Shown here: one piece after another, positions 35,251 to 49,483 of the stretch
Layout of the letters: every line of letters starts with the position of its first letter
How positions within the stretch are numbered: the first letter of the stretch is position 1
Assembly (NCBI GenBank): GCA_026770705.1
Contig: JANJGN010000926.1
Coordinates: forward strand, 124,001-188,000
Direction of reading: 5' to 3'
Length of the DNA: 64,000 nucleotides
Origin: Isurus oxyrinchus
Taxonomy: Eukaryota
The notes under the pieces: generated by a model
The model's database searches: none
Seen by the model: the letters and a program-made list of their open reading frames with translations, nothing else
Told to the model about the DNA's origin: nothing
Program-made: the position numbers and the translations under genes

Positions 35251-37073
35251 TACACAATGGGGAACCTTCAAGCAATAAGAATGACCATCCGCTATCCCAT
35301 CAGGAACATATACATGTGGTGATTGACAAACCAGGAAATGGCAATGATGTGCATGGCGAGACGAGGAGCGGTGATCGATATTCCACCTCTCACACATATC
35401 CTGACGTGGCTTGCCAATAAATTGTGGATTCTGGTCTTTATTGATCTTTCTGGGCACATCGAATAAACTGAAAATGTCCCATAGGGGTGGGATTTTCTGG
35501 CCCCACCCACTGCCAGGATTGTCCGGTCCGGCCGAAAGCTAATGGTTTTATGTCTGTCCCAGTCTCAGAAACTACCCCATTACCTCTGTTCATGACATAA
35601 CATTGAAATATGCAGAAAGTTTCAACAATATTGGCAGTTTCAAGGGAGCTGCATCATTACACCTGCAGGAGAATGCAAGTCTGTCAGACTCCTTGCATTC
35701 AAATAAATACAATCCAACTTTGTCACACTATCCTGTGCCTTAACTGGCCAATAATTTCTATGCCTTCCAGGTTCACTTTCTCTCTCTTCTAATTTTGGCT
35801 GTGCCTCTCCCTCTGCTGAACCTCCTCTCGGGATCCCATCCCCTGCCATGTTAGTTTAAAGCCCCCCCAATTGCATCAAGGGCAAAATGCCAATTGAAAC
35901 CAGGGACAACATCCAAGAATGACAATCCCACAGATCACTGTGAGCATTTAAAGACACCTCCAGACAAGGTTACCACCACAAGATCTGGGCGTCACAGCAG
36001 ATCACGTCAATGCGTTAGAGACTCAAATATTAGCAGATCTAAACACTTGTGTAATTGTCAAGAAATTTGAAAATGATACCAGAAACCTTTTGTTCCCTGT
36101 CCTTCTCAAAGATCCATCCCTGCAGCGGTAGCCTTAAGAGTTATTGATGTGGGGCTTAATTTATCAGATTGTAGAATGATCTGGAAGAGAAGGAAGCCAT
36201 TTGCCCATCGAACATGTGCTGGGCCTTTGAAAGATCTGTCCAATTATTCCCACTCTCACCTCTGCTCTCTCCTCCACAGCCCTGCAAAATGTTCCCTTCA
36301 AGTATTTATCCAGTTCCCCTTCTGAAAGTTCCTGTTGAATCTGCTTCCACCGCCCTTTCAGGCAGTGAGTCAATGGTCTCTCTCTGAGCTGCAAAGTGCT
36401 CAGATTCTGTGAAATTTAAACTCTGCAGCAGGTCAGAGACACTCATGATAACTCAGAATATTTGACAGTTTTACACACGGACAGCTTTGCCTCCCTTCTC
36501 TCTTTCAGTTATCTTGCTCCCTTATTGAAGTATCTAGCAAGGTGAGAATGGACAGGAAGTGTGACACTGAACAGCCTGTCTATTCTAGGAGCTGCTGTGT
36601 TGTCTTCATGGGAAATTCTGACTAAAATCAGCAATAGACACAAAATTTCAGGGCATTGTTATCCGAGTCCTAACATCAGGATAGACCTCAACCCCCAGGT
36701 TTTATCCCTGATTCTCTATTCAGCCGATCGCTCCCCTGTCACTGGCTGACCTACACTGACTCCCAGTCCAGCAATGACTCAAATTTCAAATTCTCATCAT
36801 CGATTTCTTACCCCACCATCCCCCCTCTACACTCCCGATCCCTGTAACCTCCTCCAACCCTAAAAACCTCTGAGATCTCTGCTCTCCTCCAATTCTGCTG
36901 TCAGGCAGGGAGTCAGTGTATGTCAGTGAGCACAGGGATGATGGGTGAATGGGACTTGGTGTGAGTTTGTACACTGGCTCACTGCTGAATCAGTTCCCAA
37001 TCAGAGCTCAATAAGAATGATCTTTTACAAAGACTATTCACCATAAATCTGTCTGAGCTGACGATGATATTAC

Positions 37074-37113
37074 CTTGGAGAAGTGACAGGAGGAAGTAAG
37101 ATTTCCCGATCAT
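37074..37113 (-). CDS. Gene C leader exon, coding part (MIGKSYFLLSLLQ); exon begins at 37155
   Basis: Same peptide as the gene A leader; flanks 36930-37400 match 17240-17720. Confidence 0.85.
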
Positions 37114-37404
37114 CGTCGACTCCCAGATATTCCTTTAGCTTCTAACTCTGAAGTTCTGAAAGAGAAAGGAGTTAATGAGACTTCACCTCTTGTCCGAATG
37201 CTCTCGAGAGATCAGAACTGCTTTTAGACAGTATCTTCACAGACTAATTTGATTCTCTGTGGGATGATAGGTGTTCTGCAGAGAGTTACAAGGCTTTAAG
37301 AAAGAAAAGCAAGGAAGGACTTGCATTTCCATAGCACCTTTCACCTCCTCAGGGTGTCCCAAAGCTCATGTCTCTGCAATTCCTCATCCCTTTGGTGCCA
37401 AGAC

Positions 37405-37650
37405 TGTGGTTGAATGGCCTCATCCTGTTCCTGTATAACAGATTCAAGGCGGCTAAATAGGCCTCTTCCTTTTCCTGTGTGACAGGCGCGAGGGGGCTGA
37501 ATGGCCTCCTCCTGTTCCTGTGTAACAGGCTCGAGGGGCTGAATGGCCTGCTCCTGATCCTGTGTAACAGGCTCGAGGGACTGTATGGCATCCTTCTGTT
37601 CCTTTGTAACAGGCTCGAGGGACTGAATGGCCTCCTTCTGTACTGTAACC
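37405..37650. repeat. ~40-bp tandem repeat AACAGGCTCGAGGGGCTGAATGGCCTCCTCCTGTTCCTGTGT derived from a CR1 3' tail
   Basis: Unit matches the CR1 end at ~25045-25080. Confidence 0.75.
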
Positions 37651-40600
37651 TTGTTGCTGTAACTGCCTCTTTTGTTTCATTCAGCTGAATCTTCAGCTGT
37701 TTAGTCTATTCCTTTTATCTCTTGGGTCAGTACTGAGGGAGTGCTGCACTGTCAGAGTGTCAGTACTGAGGGAGTGCTGCACTGTCAGAGGGTCAGTACT
37801 GAGGGAGTGCTGCACTGTCAGAGGGTCAGTACTGAGGGAGTGCTGCACTGTCAGAGTGTCAGTACTGAGGGAGTGCTGCACTGTCAGAGGGTCAGTACTG
37901 AGGGAGTGCTGCACTGTCGGACGGTCAGTACTAAGGGAGTGCTGCGCTGTCAGAGGGTCAGTACTGAGGGAGTGCTGCACTGTCGGAGGGTCAGTACTGA
38001 GGGAGTGCTGCACTGTCAGAGGGTCAGTACTGAGGGAGTGCCGTACTGTCAGAGGGTCAGTACTGAGGGAGTGCTGCACTGTCAGAGGGTCAGTACTGAG
38101 GGAGTGCTGCACTGTCAGAGGGTCAGTATTGAGGGAGTGCTGCACTGTCAGAACTGCCGTAATTCAGATGATGTTTGAAATTAGCAACATGCCTCGTGTA
38201 AAATTCTAAATCATCAGCCCAATATAAATAGATCAGTCCTGTACGTTTCACTTTACTGCAAATTGTTCATGGTTTCATTTCCTTGTTAACCAGGCTCGTG
38301 TGATGACTATTTTTAAATAATGTTTGTTATTTGGAACAAGGGGCCATGCCTGAACAGATAACTGTCGGATCAAGCAGCTGGGTTTTTTCTTGAACCTGGC
38401 TTCATTCAGATGTTTGCTGCTGGACATGAGATCATTAATGTGTGAATGTAGAATCGGAGTCACCTCAGTGAACAGCAGCATTGGTTGAACAGCCTGATCT
38501 GCAATAAGAACTGCTGAACACAATGTCCATTCAGAACAGCTCGGTCCCCGATCAGAGAAACAGCCTCAGACAGAACCAACTGACGCTGGAATCCATACAA
38601 TTTATCAACGTGTTGGGAGTTAGTTTGATGTCGGAGATGGAGTGTTACTGGGAAGGAGGGAACCCGTCAGGATGAATAGCTCGATGTACGACAAGGAAAG
38701 GATGAGCTAAGAGGGGTTGGTCACGGACAGACGGAGCGTGTGAAGACTCAACAGCTAATGGCAGGTGAAGAGCTGGAAAAGTGTCTTTTCAACACAAGGT
38801 TTAGACACAGAACTCGATGTTTGATCGGGTATTTCAAACCAGAGAAACTCTTTACAGGGTGAATGGACCTTGTCAATAATCCATCCAGCCAACCTCGCCT
38901 GGAGATTAGTCCAATATTAGACACTAAACCGAGTCCCCCGTCTGCCCTCTCGAGCGGGTGTGAAAGATCCCACAACCACTATTTGGAGGAAGAGCAGGGG
39001 GGAGATCTCCCCGGTGTCCTGGCACCAATATTTATCCCTCAACGAACATCACTAAAAACAGGTGATCACATTGCTGTTTGTGGGAGCTTGCTGTGCGCTA
39101 ATTGGCTGCTGCGTTTCCTACATTACAACAGTAACCACACTTCGAAAAAAGGGTGAACTCTATTGTAAAGTGTTCTGGGACATCCAGAGACCATGCTGTA
39201 CAGAAGAGATTTGACAGGAGCAGCAAGTGTTTTACTTACAGGAGAATGAGTCCCCAGGGTTGTAGAGTCAATCCTGTCAGATGAATGTCTAACTGGAGAC
39301 ACTTCAGGGAGCTGATCTAATTCTGGAAATGTTCAGTTTAGCAGGATCGGAGGAGAGATGATCTTCCTCTCCTGACTGCATCGGACACGAGGTGAACTGG
39401 CTCTGGGAGGAGGGTCAGTGTTAACCCAGTTTTTCTGTGTTTGAGGGAGATGTGAAACTGGGGAAGTCACGTGGTTTTTTGGTGTGGTAACTCCATGTCT
39501 TTATTTGGTGCAGCACTCATTTAGTTCATGTCATTGTTTCAATGCTACAAAACCACAGCGCATTCTGGACTATTCCTGCCTGACCTGCTGTCAGATACAC
39601 ACAGTCTGACAGAGAGGAGGAAAAGTGGTCCCTAGCAACGTGTGAAACTGTGAACTCGGCTCAGTCAGAATGCACACGCAGACACACACACACATGTACA
39701 CACATTTTCTCTTGTTCATTCTTTTAAACACACACACTCCCTCTCAAATACACACACCCTCTCTCGCACACTCCTTCTCTCAAACACATACACCCTCTCT
39801 CTCAAACACACACACACACGCTCTCACGCACACGCTCTCTCACATACACACTCTCTCTTTCACACACACACTATCTAACACACACAGATTCTCTCTCTTT
39901 CTTTCTCTCTCACACATAAGCTCTCTCTCTAACACAGACATTCCCTTTCTCTCACACACACTCTCTCTCTCTCACACAATTCAGCTACCTCACTCTCTCA
40001 TGCGCACACACTCTACCTCTCTTTTGCTCTCTCACACATTTTCTCTTTCTCTCTATCCTTCTCTCTCGCACACATACGCACTATCACTCTCTCACACACA
40101 CATTGTCTCTCTTTCTCACACACGCACTCACTCTCTCTCTCTCTCTCTCCAAGACAGCAGGTTGGGGTTTTCAAACCGTCTCAAGGTTTCAGCTCAAAAC
40201 CCAGATGGACTCTCCCCAGTGAGGGAGTGCTGAGGGAGTGCTGCACTGTTGGGGGTCAATATTGAGGGAGTGCTGCACTGTCAGAGGGTCAATATTGAGG
40301 GAGTGCTGCGCTGTCAGGAGTTCAGTACTGAGGGAGACCCTGCTCTGTCAAAGGGTCAGTACTGAGGCAGTGCTGAACTGTCAGAGGGTCAGTACTTAGG
40401 GAGTGCTGCACTGTCAGAGGGTCAGTACTGAGGGAGTGCTGCACTGTTGGAGGGTTAGCACTGAGGGAGTGCTGCACTTCCAGAGGGTCAGTACTGAGGG
40501 AGAGCTGCACTCCCAGAGGGTCAGTGCTGAGGGAGTGCTGCACTCCCAGAGGGTCAATACTGAAGGAGTGCTGCACTCTCAAAGGGTCAATTCTGAGGGA

Positions 40601-40939
40601 GTGCTGCACTGTCAGAGGGTGGGCACTGAGGGAATGCTGCTCTGTCAGACCTACCATATTTCAGATGATGTTTGAAATTAGCAACATGCCTCATGTATAA
40701 TTATATATCATCAACTCAAAATAAATAGATTATTCCTGTACATTTTACTTTTACTGTAAATTGTTTGTAGTTTCATCTCCTTAGGAGCCAGGCTTGTCTG
40801 ATCACTATTTTTAAATAACGTTAATAATAAAGAAGCGACAATCCACACGCACACAGGTACACACACACACACACTCACTCACAAGGGTACATAGACAGAC
40901 ACACACTCACTCACACATGTTCACCCAGACACACACACA

Positions 40940-43200
40940 CAGACACACACTGACTCACAGAAGCAGACAGACAGATACACACACAGACACACAAGTCATA
41001 ATTAAAAAGTTAGAGTCCAATAAAAATTTAAAAGAATATATGATTAATACAATTGCTTGTCTTTGAGGTGTAGATTTTTGATGTTTGCAGCTGTTCAAAG
41101 TTAATTGGTTACCTGTGGCATCCTGGTGGTGATTTGATTCAGATTTGCATTTTGTTGAAGACGCTCTGTTAGCTTCAGAAAGAGAGAGAGAGAGAGAATT
41201 TCTGCTCTTTTCCAGCAGTGTTTTTGGATGACTGCCATCTTTCTTTTTCCTCCTACTTTTTCTTATATCTGCTTGACAGAACCTGTTGTTAAACTCCTGT
41301 CTGTATATTCCCAAAGGGAATTCGATCAGCATGTCTTGCATTCATTGTCGCAGACCAAGTAATCCCTTTTTTGATCTTTGCATCTCTGAAACATTTGATG
41401 CATTTCAAGATATAAATCAACAGGAGATAGAGGCATTTCATCCTCCACAAGGGGTTTTGAATGATTGATGAATATCTGCATGGTGAGCAGTTCCCATTAG
41501 CTTGATAGACCTACAGTGATCAGAGTCCAGCGCTTTGCATTTTTAATGGAGGCCCTGTTTCAAGTGGACCCTGACACACCTCAGTGAGAACTTTCATGCA
41601 ACATGTCTGTAGTGCAATTCATTTGAAGCTTTCCAGAGAAGTGATCAAGTTTGCAGTATCAGCAATCAGGTGACTCGTGACAGCCATTTTTGATCAGTGC
41701 CTAATCTAGTACTTTTGAAAAACAGGTCTCCTTTAAACAGTTCAATACATTTTTGGCTCATTGGCTAAGTTGAAGGAAGCTCTGTTATGACATAACAGAT
41801 GGTAAATGCTGAGCTGTTCAAATCCTGGAGGGAAACTTGAAACAACTGTCACAACTAATTTGCAACTTGTATGTTTTGAGATGTGGGCTTTGAATTCAGT
41901 AGTAATGAGGTTAAGAGGTTTAACAGGTAATTATGGTTGGTTGAAAAAAAGGCTTAAAATATATTTTCCCCAAATACAATTTCCAAAACAAGTCTTTTTG
42001 ATTGTTAAGAATGAACCAATTAAACCACGTTTGTTGGAGTCAAAGAAAGAGTAAGTTTATTAGTTACCTAACTGGAGGAAAAATAATTAAAATGGGACAA
42101 AACACACACACTAACGCACACATACACACACATACACACACACACAAACGCACATACACACAGATAGGTGCACAGGCATATAAACACAGACACATACACA
42201 CAGNNNNNNNNNNNNNNNNNNNNNNNNNNNNNNNNNNNNNNNNNNNNNNNNNNNNNNNNNNNNNNNNNNNNNNNNNNNNNNNNNNNNNNNNNNNNNNNNN
42301 NNNNNNNNNNNNNNNNNNNNNNNNNNNNNNNNNNNNNNNNNNNNNNNNNNNNNNNNNNNNNNNNNNNNNNNNNNNNNNNNNNNNNNNNNNNNNNNNNNNN
42401 NNNNNNATAATTATAGAGTCCAATAAAAAATTAAAAGAGTCGTTTGCTTGTACTGCAGCGTAGGCTGTGAAGTTTGAAGCTGTTTTAAATTAGTTGGTTT
42501 TCTGTAGATTCCTGTATTTTATCTGGCTCAGACTTGCACATTGTTGAAGACACTCTGTTAGCTTCAGACAGAGAGAGAGAGAGGGAGAAATCATTTCTGC
42601 TCTTTTCCAGCAGTGTTTGTGGAAGACTGCCATATTTCTTTTTCCCCTCCTTTCTCTTATATCTGCTTGGCAGAACCATTTGTTAAACTCCTGTCTGTAT
42701 ATCCCTGAAGTCAATTCGATCAGCATGTTTTACATTCATTGTTATAGACCAAATATTCCCATTTTTTTATCTTTGCATCTCTGGAACATTTGATGCATTT
42801 CAAGATATAAATCAACAGGAGATGGGGGTATTGTATCCTCCACAGGGGGTTTTGAATGGCTGATGATTCTCTGCTTGGTGAGCAGTTCCCACTGTTTTGA
42901 TAGAACTACAGCTGATCAAAGTCCAGTACTTTGCATTTTAATGCCTTCCTTTTAAGAGTGTCCCTGTTTGAAGTGGACCCTGACACACCCCAGGCGTGAA
43001 CTTCCATGCAACAGGTCTGCAGTGCAATTCATTTGAACCTTTCCAGAGAAGTGATCAACTTCACAGTATCAGCAATCAGGTGACTCGTGTCAGCCATTTT
43101 TGATCTGTGTACAATCTTGTATTTCTTTGAAAAACAGATCACTTTTAGACAGTTCAATACGTCTTTGGTCTGTTAGTTAAGTTGTAGGAAGTTCTTAATC
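40940..43200. repeat. Two diverged direct copies (~40990-41790 and ~42410-43200) of an ~800-bp non-coding element flanked by CA/TG microsatellites
   Basis: Colinear similarity by eye; possibly LTR-derived. Confidence 0.7.
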
Positions 43201-46200
43201 GCAGTTTGTTGTCGCTCGGATATTGTCTTTGTGTGTGTGTTTGTGTGTGTGAGTGAGTGTGTGAGTGAATGTGTGTCTGTGTGTGTGAATGTGAGTGTGC
43301 TTGTGTCTGTCTGNNNNNNNNNNNNNNNNNNNNNNNNNNNNNNNNNNNNNNNNNNNNNNNNNNNNNNNNNNNNNNNNNNNNNNNNNNNNNNNNNNNNNNN
43401 NNNNNNNNNNNNNNNNNNNNNNNNNNNNNNNNNNNNNNNNNNNNNNNNNNNNNNNNNNNNNNNNNNNNNNNNNNNNNNNNNNNNNNNNNNNNNNNNNNNN
43501 NNNNNNNNNNNNNNNNNNNNNNNNNNNNNNNNNNNNNNNNNNNNNNNNNACAGAGTGAAACCTCCTTGAGTCTGGCCACTGTGTTTAACATTTAAGGCAC
43601 ACAGACAGGATGTGGTTAAAAGGTGAAACCACAAGGAGTGAGTGACTTTCTCAGTGACTGTCTCTCTGTGGGTTTCCTGTGGGTTTCTGTGAACTGCCTG
43701 TGGTTTTAAAAAGAATCTTCCAACCCCACATGCACGGCATCAAATAAGGATTTGGAAGCTGCTGCTCAGAGAGTAACTAGTCCCCCGAGAATTCACAGCC
43801 CCTCAAACACAGATTAACAGCATTAATCCTGACCGTCAGCCCACTCACTCATTGCCTCTTGTCTCAGACACTAGAAAGTGGAAGTTAAGGCCGGATTTTC
43901 ACTCCCGGGTCGGGGGACACAGAGACGGCAGGAAAAAATAACAAAATAGGTCTCGAGCACACAGAGCTCCAAGGGAAGGGTCGTGCTGCAGCTAAGGTGT
44001 GAGACATGGCACATTCCGCGGATGCAGCATTGAGGCTTGTATGTCTACACAGCTGATGTAGGTGCACATGGAACACATGTGAATGAGCACTGTGATGCAC
44101 ACACACCCTGGAGAGTAATATCCCTCCATGCACTACATATCAGGCTAACATCAACTCATGTTGTCATTGCTGACTCACAGGGTTGAAGCAGGTCACAGAG
44201 ACGGCTGCGTCTGGGGTTGGGCCAGCCTCCCTGAGACTCACCGTCCTAACATTTGATTGGATCACGTCTGATCTGTATCTTAACCCCATCCACCCGCCTC
44301 GGTTCCGTGACCCTTAACTCCCCGACCCAACAAAAATCTCCCAATCTCAGTTTTGAAATTTACAATTGACCCCTCCCAGTCTCGACAGCTTTTTCTGGGG
44401 GAGTGAGTTCCAGATTTCCACCCCCCCTTTGTGTGAAGAAGTGCTTCCTGACATCACCCCGTGAACGGCCTGGCTCCAATGTTAATGTTCTGCCCCCTTG
44501 TTCTGAACCCTCCTCACCTCAACCCCATCAGAGGAAATAGTTTCTCTCTATTGCCCGTAACAAAGCCTTTAATCATCTTAAACCCCTCGATTAGATCACC
44601 CCTTAATCTTCGAGACTCGAGGGAACACAAGCCTGGTCTGTGCAACCTGTCCTCGGGATTTCACCCTTTCAGCCCCGGGATCCTTCTGGTGACACTGCAC
44701 AGCACCCCCTCCAAGGACAATATATCCTTCCTAAGCTGCTGGACCCAGAACTGAACTCAGTGACACCAGATTGGTTGTGAGGGGATCTTAATAAAACTGT
44801 GCCAGACACTTCAAAAATCTCTTCAATTCAACCTTGTAAACGCAGTAGGAAAAATCCCAGGGGGCCATTATATCTTAGCAACATCGTAAACTTGGCCAAA
44901 AGAATCCCCCTGGTCACTCCTGAGTGTTACTCATATTGTAAACACAATGTATACAGCTCCTCCAGTCTCTGAGAAGCAAAGGTAGGACACTAGAGCACCA
45001 CCACTGGCAGGAGGCTGTAATTACAGTGTGACATGTTTACATGGGAATGTTCCATTACCAATGACACAGGAATTTAAATAATCAGAAGGGCATGTGACAA
45101 CAGGAAGTGGTGCCTTGGAGAATGGAATTATTCACTAGAGTACGTATTTAATTTGATAAAAATGTACAGAAATGTCAGGGCATTTTAATTGCTTCTTTTT
45201 TGTATTCATTCACTGTCACTGGCGAGGCCAGAATTTATTGCCCATCCCTAATTGTCCTTGAGAATATGGGGGTGAGCTGTCTTCTTGAGCTGCTGCAGTC
45301 CCTGTGGTGTAGGTACACCCACAGAACTGTTAGGGAGGGTGTTGCAGGATTCTGACCCAGCGACAGTGAAGGAACGGTGATATATTTCCAAGTCAGGATG
45401 GTGAGTGACTTCGAGGGGAACTTCCAGGTGGTGGTGTTCCCATGTGTCTGCTGCCCTTGTCCTTCTAGATGGTAGTGATCATGTGTTTGGAAGGTGCTGT
45501 CTAAGGAGGCTTGGTGACTCCCTGCGTTGCATCTTGTAGATGGTACACACACTGCTGCCACTGTGCGTCAGTTGTAGAGGGAGAGAATGTTTGTGGACGG
45601 GGCGCAAATCAAGCGGGGCTGCTTTGTCCTGGACGGTGTCGAGCTTCTTGAGTGTTGTTGGAGCTGGACACATCTAGGAAAGTGGAGAGTATTCCATCAC
45701 TTCTGACCTGTGCCTTGAGGTTGGTGGACAGGTTTTGGGGAGTCAGGAGGTGAGTTACTACCACAGGATTCCCAGGCTCTGGCCTGCTCTTATAGTCACA
45801 GTGTTTATATGGCTAGTCCAGTTCAGTTTCTTGTCATTGGTAACCCCCAGAGTGTTGATAGTGTGGGATTCAGCAATGGTGATGCTATTGGACATTAAGG
45901 GGAGATGGATATATTCTCTCTGGTTGGAGATGGTCATTGCCTGGCACTTGTGTGGCATGAATGTTACTTGCCACTTGTCAGGCCAAGCCTGGATATTGTC
46001 CAGGTCTTGCTGCATTTGGACATGGACTGCTTCAGCATCTGATGAGTCATGAATGATGTTGAACGTTGTGCAATCATCAGCGACCATCCATAATTCTGAC
46101 CATCTGATAGAATGAATGTCATTGATGAAGCAGCTGAAGATGGTTGGGCCTAGGACACTACACTGAGCAACGCCTGCGGTGATGTCCTGGAACTGAGATG

Positions 46201-47456
46201 ACTGACCTCCAACAACCACAACCACCTTCCTTTGTACTTGGTATGAATCCAACGAGTGGAGAGTTTTCCCTGTGACATGACATGGCAGATGATGTGTGCT
46301 TGGTGCTCCAAATCCACAAGGGAAAATTGGTCACACTGTCACAATAGTTTTGTAATTTGTATTTATTACAAGAAGCGTGCACTGAATTCAGGAGTAATGA
46401 GTTGACTACAACCTTTAGAGATTTTAAAAATTGGATTAAGATATTTATTAACAAAATAAAAGATTTCAAGCACAGACATAATACCACGGTTAGTTACAGC
46501 TAAAATATATTCTCAAATTCCTAATTAACCTGACTCCCAGTTACAGAGCCTGTTTAAGGCAACAGTCCAAAATAAGATTTTAGATTAAAAACAAACCCAG
46601 CGAGTTAACACAGCACACACTTGACACTGGAATTCTAAATGGATTTCTCCAACTTTATTTACTGAACATAACAGACTTATGCACAAATGCCTGGAGGCTT
46701 CTTCAAGCCTGTTTCACACACTCCTGTTAGATCTTACATGGCCCCCAACATAGCCTTTCATTCTCCTTTATACATGTTTCTCTCTCTTTGATGTGTAAAT
46801 TCTTTGGAACTGTACCTTTCCCATAATATAAACTTTCATGTTGCCAATATTGTCAATGAAGTTTGGGTAAAATTAAAAAAAAAACTCCTTAGCTTTGCTT
46901 ATTGGGCTTGTCCTAAACAGACCGACATCCCTTTGAAATCTAAACAACCCCTTCACACCTTACATGTTAACACAGCCTCCATGTGTTCTCATTAGCATTT
47001 CAAGTACATTTCTACATCTAGCTTCTTTTGATAATCTCAAGCTTGCAGTCTACCTGACTCCAGATGTAATTAAGCCACACAGACAGAACCATCTACACTC
47101 ACACCCATAAACCTAGTCTACAACAAACCAGGTGAATAGTATGCAAATTATTATACTTTCGTACCACCCCTGATTCCCATTGATTGCAGTTATGCTCGGG
47201 CTCCGAGAGGCCACACTCGGTCAAATGCAGCCTTAATGTTAAGGGCAGTCACTCTCACCTCACCTTGTATTAACAGATGTAAAATTATACATAACCCAAA
47301 AGCTTCTCGCAATCTTTTACAGCATGGAAAAAGGTGCAGCATTCAGAAAGCTCACTCAGAGCCAATAAAAAAAGTTGAGCAACATCATATTTGTGTTCAT
47401 TACTATTTGACCATGCTGGCTGCACACACCCCACAGCCCCGCTCCCTGTTTCACAC

Positions 47457-47705
47457 TCAGTTTTTCTGGAACCTGATCTGTGCGTATTCCGTGTCCTCGC
47501 TCCTGTGCACAGTCCTGTCACCGCTGGGCAGCTTTGAAAAGTTGATGTTGGCGTAGAGAAGCTCGTCGGTATTGTCGGGGTTCCCATGTCCAACATCACC
47601 TCCCACTGGACCTTCAGAGAGATCCCGGGGAGCTGGGGTCTCCCCCTCACTAGTTGTGTCTCTGGTTGTTTCCCGGGGCTCAGTAATCAGCACGTTCTGT
47701 TCATC
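47457..47705 (-). CDS. Gene B terminal exon with ITIM (LLYANI) and ITSM-like motif (TEYAQI)
   Basis: 249 nt, phase 0; DELLYANINF...TEYAQIRFQKN* matches the two-tyrosine tail layout of inhibitory Siglecs. Confidence 0.92.
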   Translation of the reverse strand, partial: DEQNVLITEPRETTRDTTSEGETPAPRDLSEGPVGGDVGHGNPDNTDELLYANINFSKLPSGDRTVHRSEDTEYAQIRFQKN

Positions 47706-48428
47706 CTACAGAGAAATGGAAACAGAAGACATCCTCACATCATTTACTGGCACTGATAGGGTTAAATTATTGTGCAGCCTCGTTAGTGTCAGTCGTGTCT
47801 CAGTGGGTTTAAGCCTTTTTTTCCCTCTCTTTCTCTGTCTCTCTTTCTCTCTCGCTTTCTCTCTCTGTGTATAATTTAATCTCTATCACACTCCAACAGT
47901 GCAGCACTCCCTCAGTACTGACCCTCTGACAGTGCAGCACTCCCTCAATACTGACCCTCTGACAGTGCAGCACTCCCTCAGTACTGACCCTCTGACAGTC
48001 CAGCACTCCCTCAGTAATGACCCTCTGACAGTACAGCACTCCCTCAATACTGACCCTCTGTCAGTGCAGCACTCCCTCAGTACTGACCCTCTGACAGTGC
48101 AGCACTCCCTCAGTACTGACCCTCTGACAGTGCAGCACTCCCTCAGTACTGACCCTCTGACAGTGCAGCACTCCCTCAGTACTGACCCTCTGACAGGGCA
48201 GCACTCCCTCACTACTGACATCAGGTGCCTTGTCATTATTGTGTTCAGGTTTCTGGTCAAAGAGCGAGTGATGGAGGGTGACAGAGGCTGGGAGCGAGAG
48301 ACAGTGCTGTCCACTGAGCCATTGCTTCACAGGGCGATATCTGTGTGTAACCCGGCTGATAATCTGGTATACGTGTTGTCTACACACTGAGATAGAAGCT
48401 TTGGAGTGAGTGTAAACAGCTCCTGTAC

Positions 48429-48510
48429 CTGGTGCTTCACAGAGAGTGACCTGGGGGTCAATGCATTGTCACTGGTCCCTGAAACTCTCTCCTGCGTTGC
48501 TGTCTTTCTC
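48429..48510 (-). CDS. Gene B cytoplasmic exon 1 (KRKTATQERVSGTSDNALTPRSLSVKHQ)
   Basis: 82 nt, phase 2/0, AG/GT intact. Confidence 0.85.
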
Positions 48511-49386
48511 CTGCAATAACACAATATCACACTGTGGTTATCATATAGCAGAGAGTCAGTGCAGCACAGACACAGAGCCCACTGTAACCTTACACCAACA
48601 ACTGGACTGTCTCTAGTTCCAATAAGGGATATCAGCATGACATCACTATAATGGAAGTGTGTCATGTGATCCAATCTTAGTTTGACTTTTGCTTTGAGCA
48701 GAACACACACTCACAGCTCTGATGCCTTCAATCTTTCTCCGTATGTATAACTGTTCTCGTGCCGAGTCCTGATAAACAAACCGAAACATTCTCACCCAAA
48801 CCCTGTGAGCGATTGGTGCTTTGTTTCTTGTACAGTAAATAAGCCTAAGGTATAATATCATTATAATGACACGCCATATCTTTGACCCCCCCTCCACCCC
48901 TGCTCTTCCCCCCATAGCCCTTCAAATGTTCCCCCTTCAAGTATTTATCCAATTCCCCTTTTGAAAGATCCTATTAAATCTGCTTCCAGCGCCCTTTCAG
49001 GCAGCACCTTCCAGATCACAGCAACTGATTATTATTCATCTGGATAACGGGCAATGAAAAACTCTCTCTGGATCGTAAGGGACAAAGAGACCAGTTAGGG
49101 AGAGGCATCTGGCGCTTAACACAAGGGAAACAATCACCGACTTCAGGAAAGAACATTGAAGCAAATATTTATCCAGGAGTAATCGTGCAGAGTGAGGAAT
49201 CTCTGGGTCTCGTGATTGTTTACCTGGATACAGGACAATGAAAGGTTCTCTCCGGATCACAGTGGACACAGGGATCACTTACGGAGAGGGAACTGGTGCT
49301 GATCCCAAGGGAAACAATCACCGACTTAAGGAAAGAACATTGAAGCAAATGTTTATATTAAAATCAAGTTAAATCTTCAGACTTAC

Positions 49387-49483
49387 TTTCTCACACAGAT
49401 GAAGATGAAGATTCCAGCCAGGAAAACACTCAACATGATCCCAGCCGTGAACAATCCTACTGTCCATTTACTGGAGTCTCTAC
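49387..49483 (-). CDS. Gene B transmembrane exon (uncharged, same as gene A)
   Basis: 97 nt, phase 1/2, matches 4572-4668. Confidence 0.9.

Noticed and set aside
39240-39480. Possible non-coding first exon of gene C (GTAAGT donor at 39239)
   Set aside because: Donor motif only; no clear homology to gene A's candidate first exon and no other support
49120-49352. ~48-bp direct repeat pair (CAAGGGAAACAATCACCGACTT...GAAGCAAAT) in a gene B intron
   Set aside because: Only two copies and no coding or structural signal; probably a small local duplication or TE remnant
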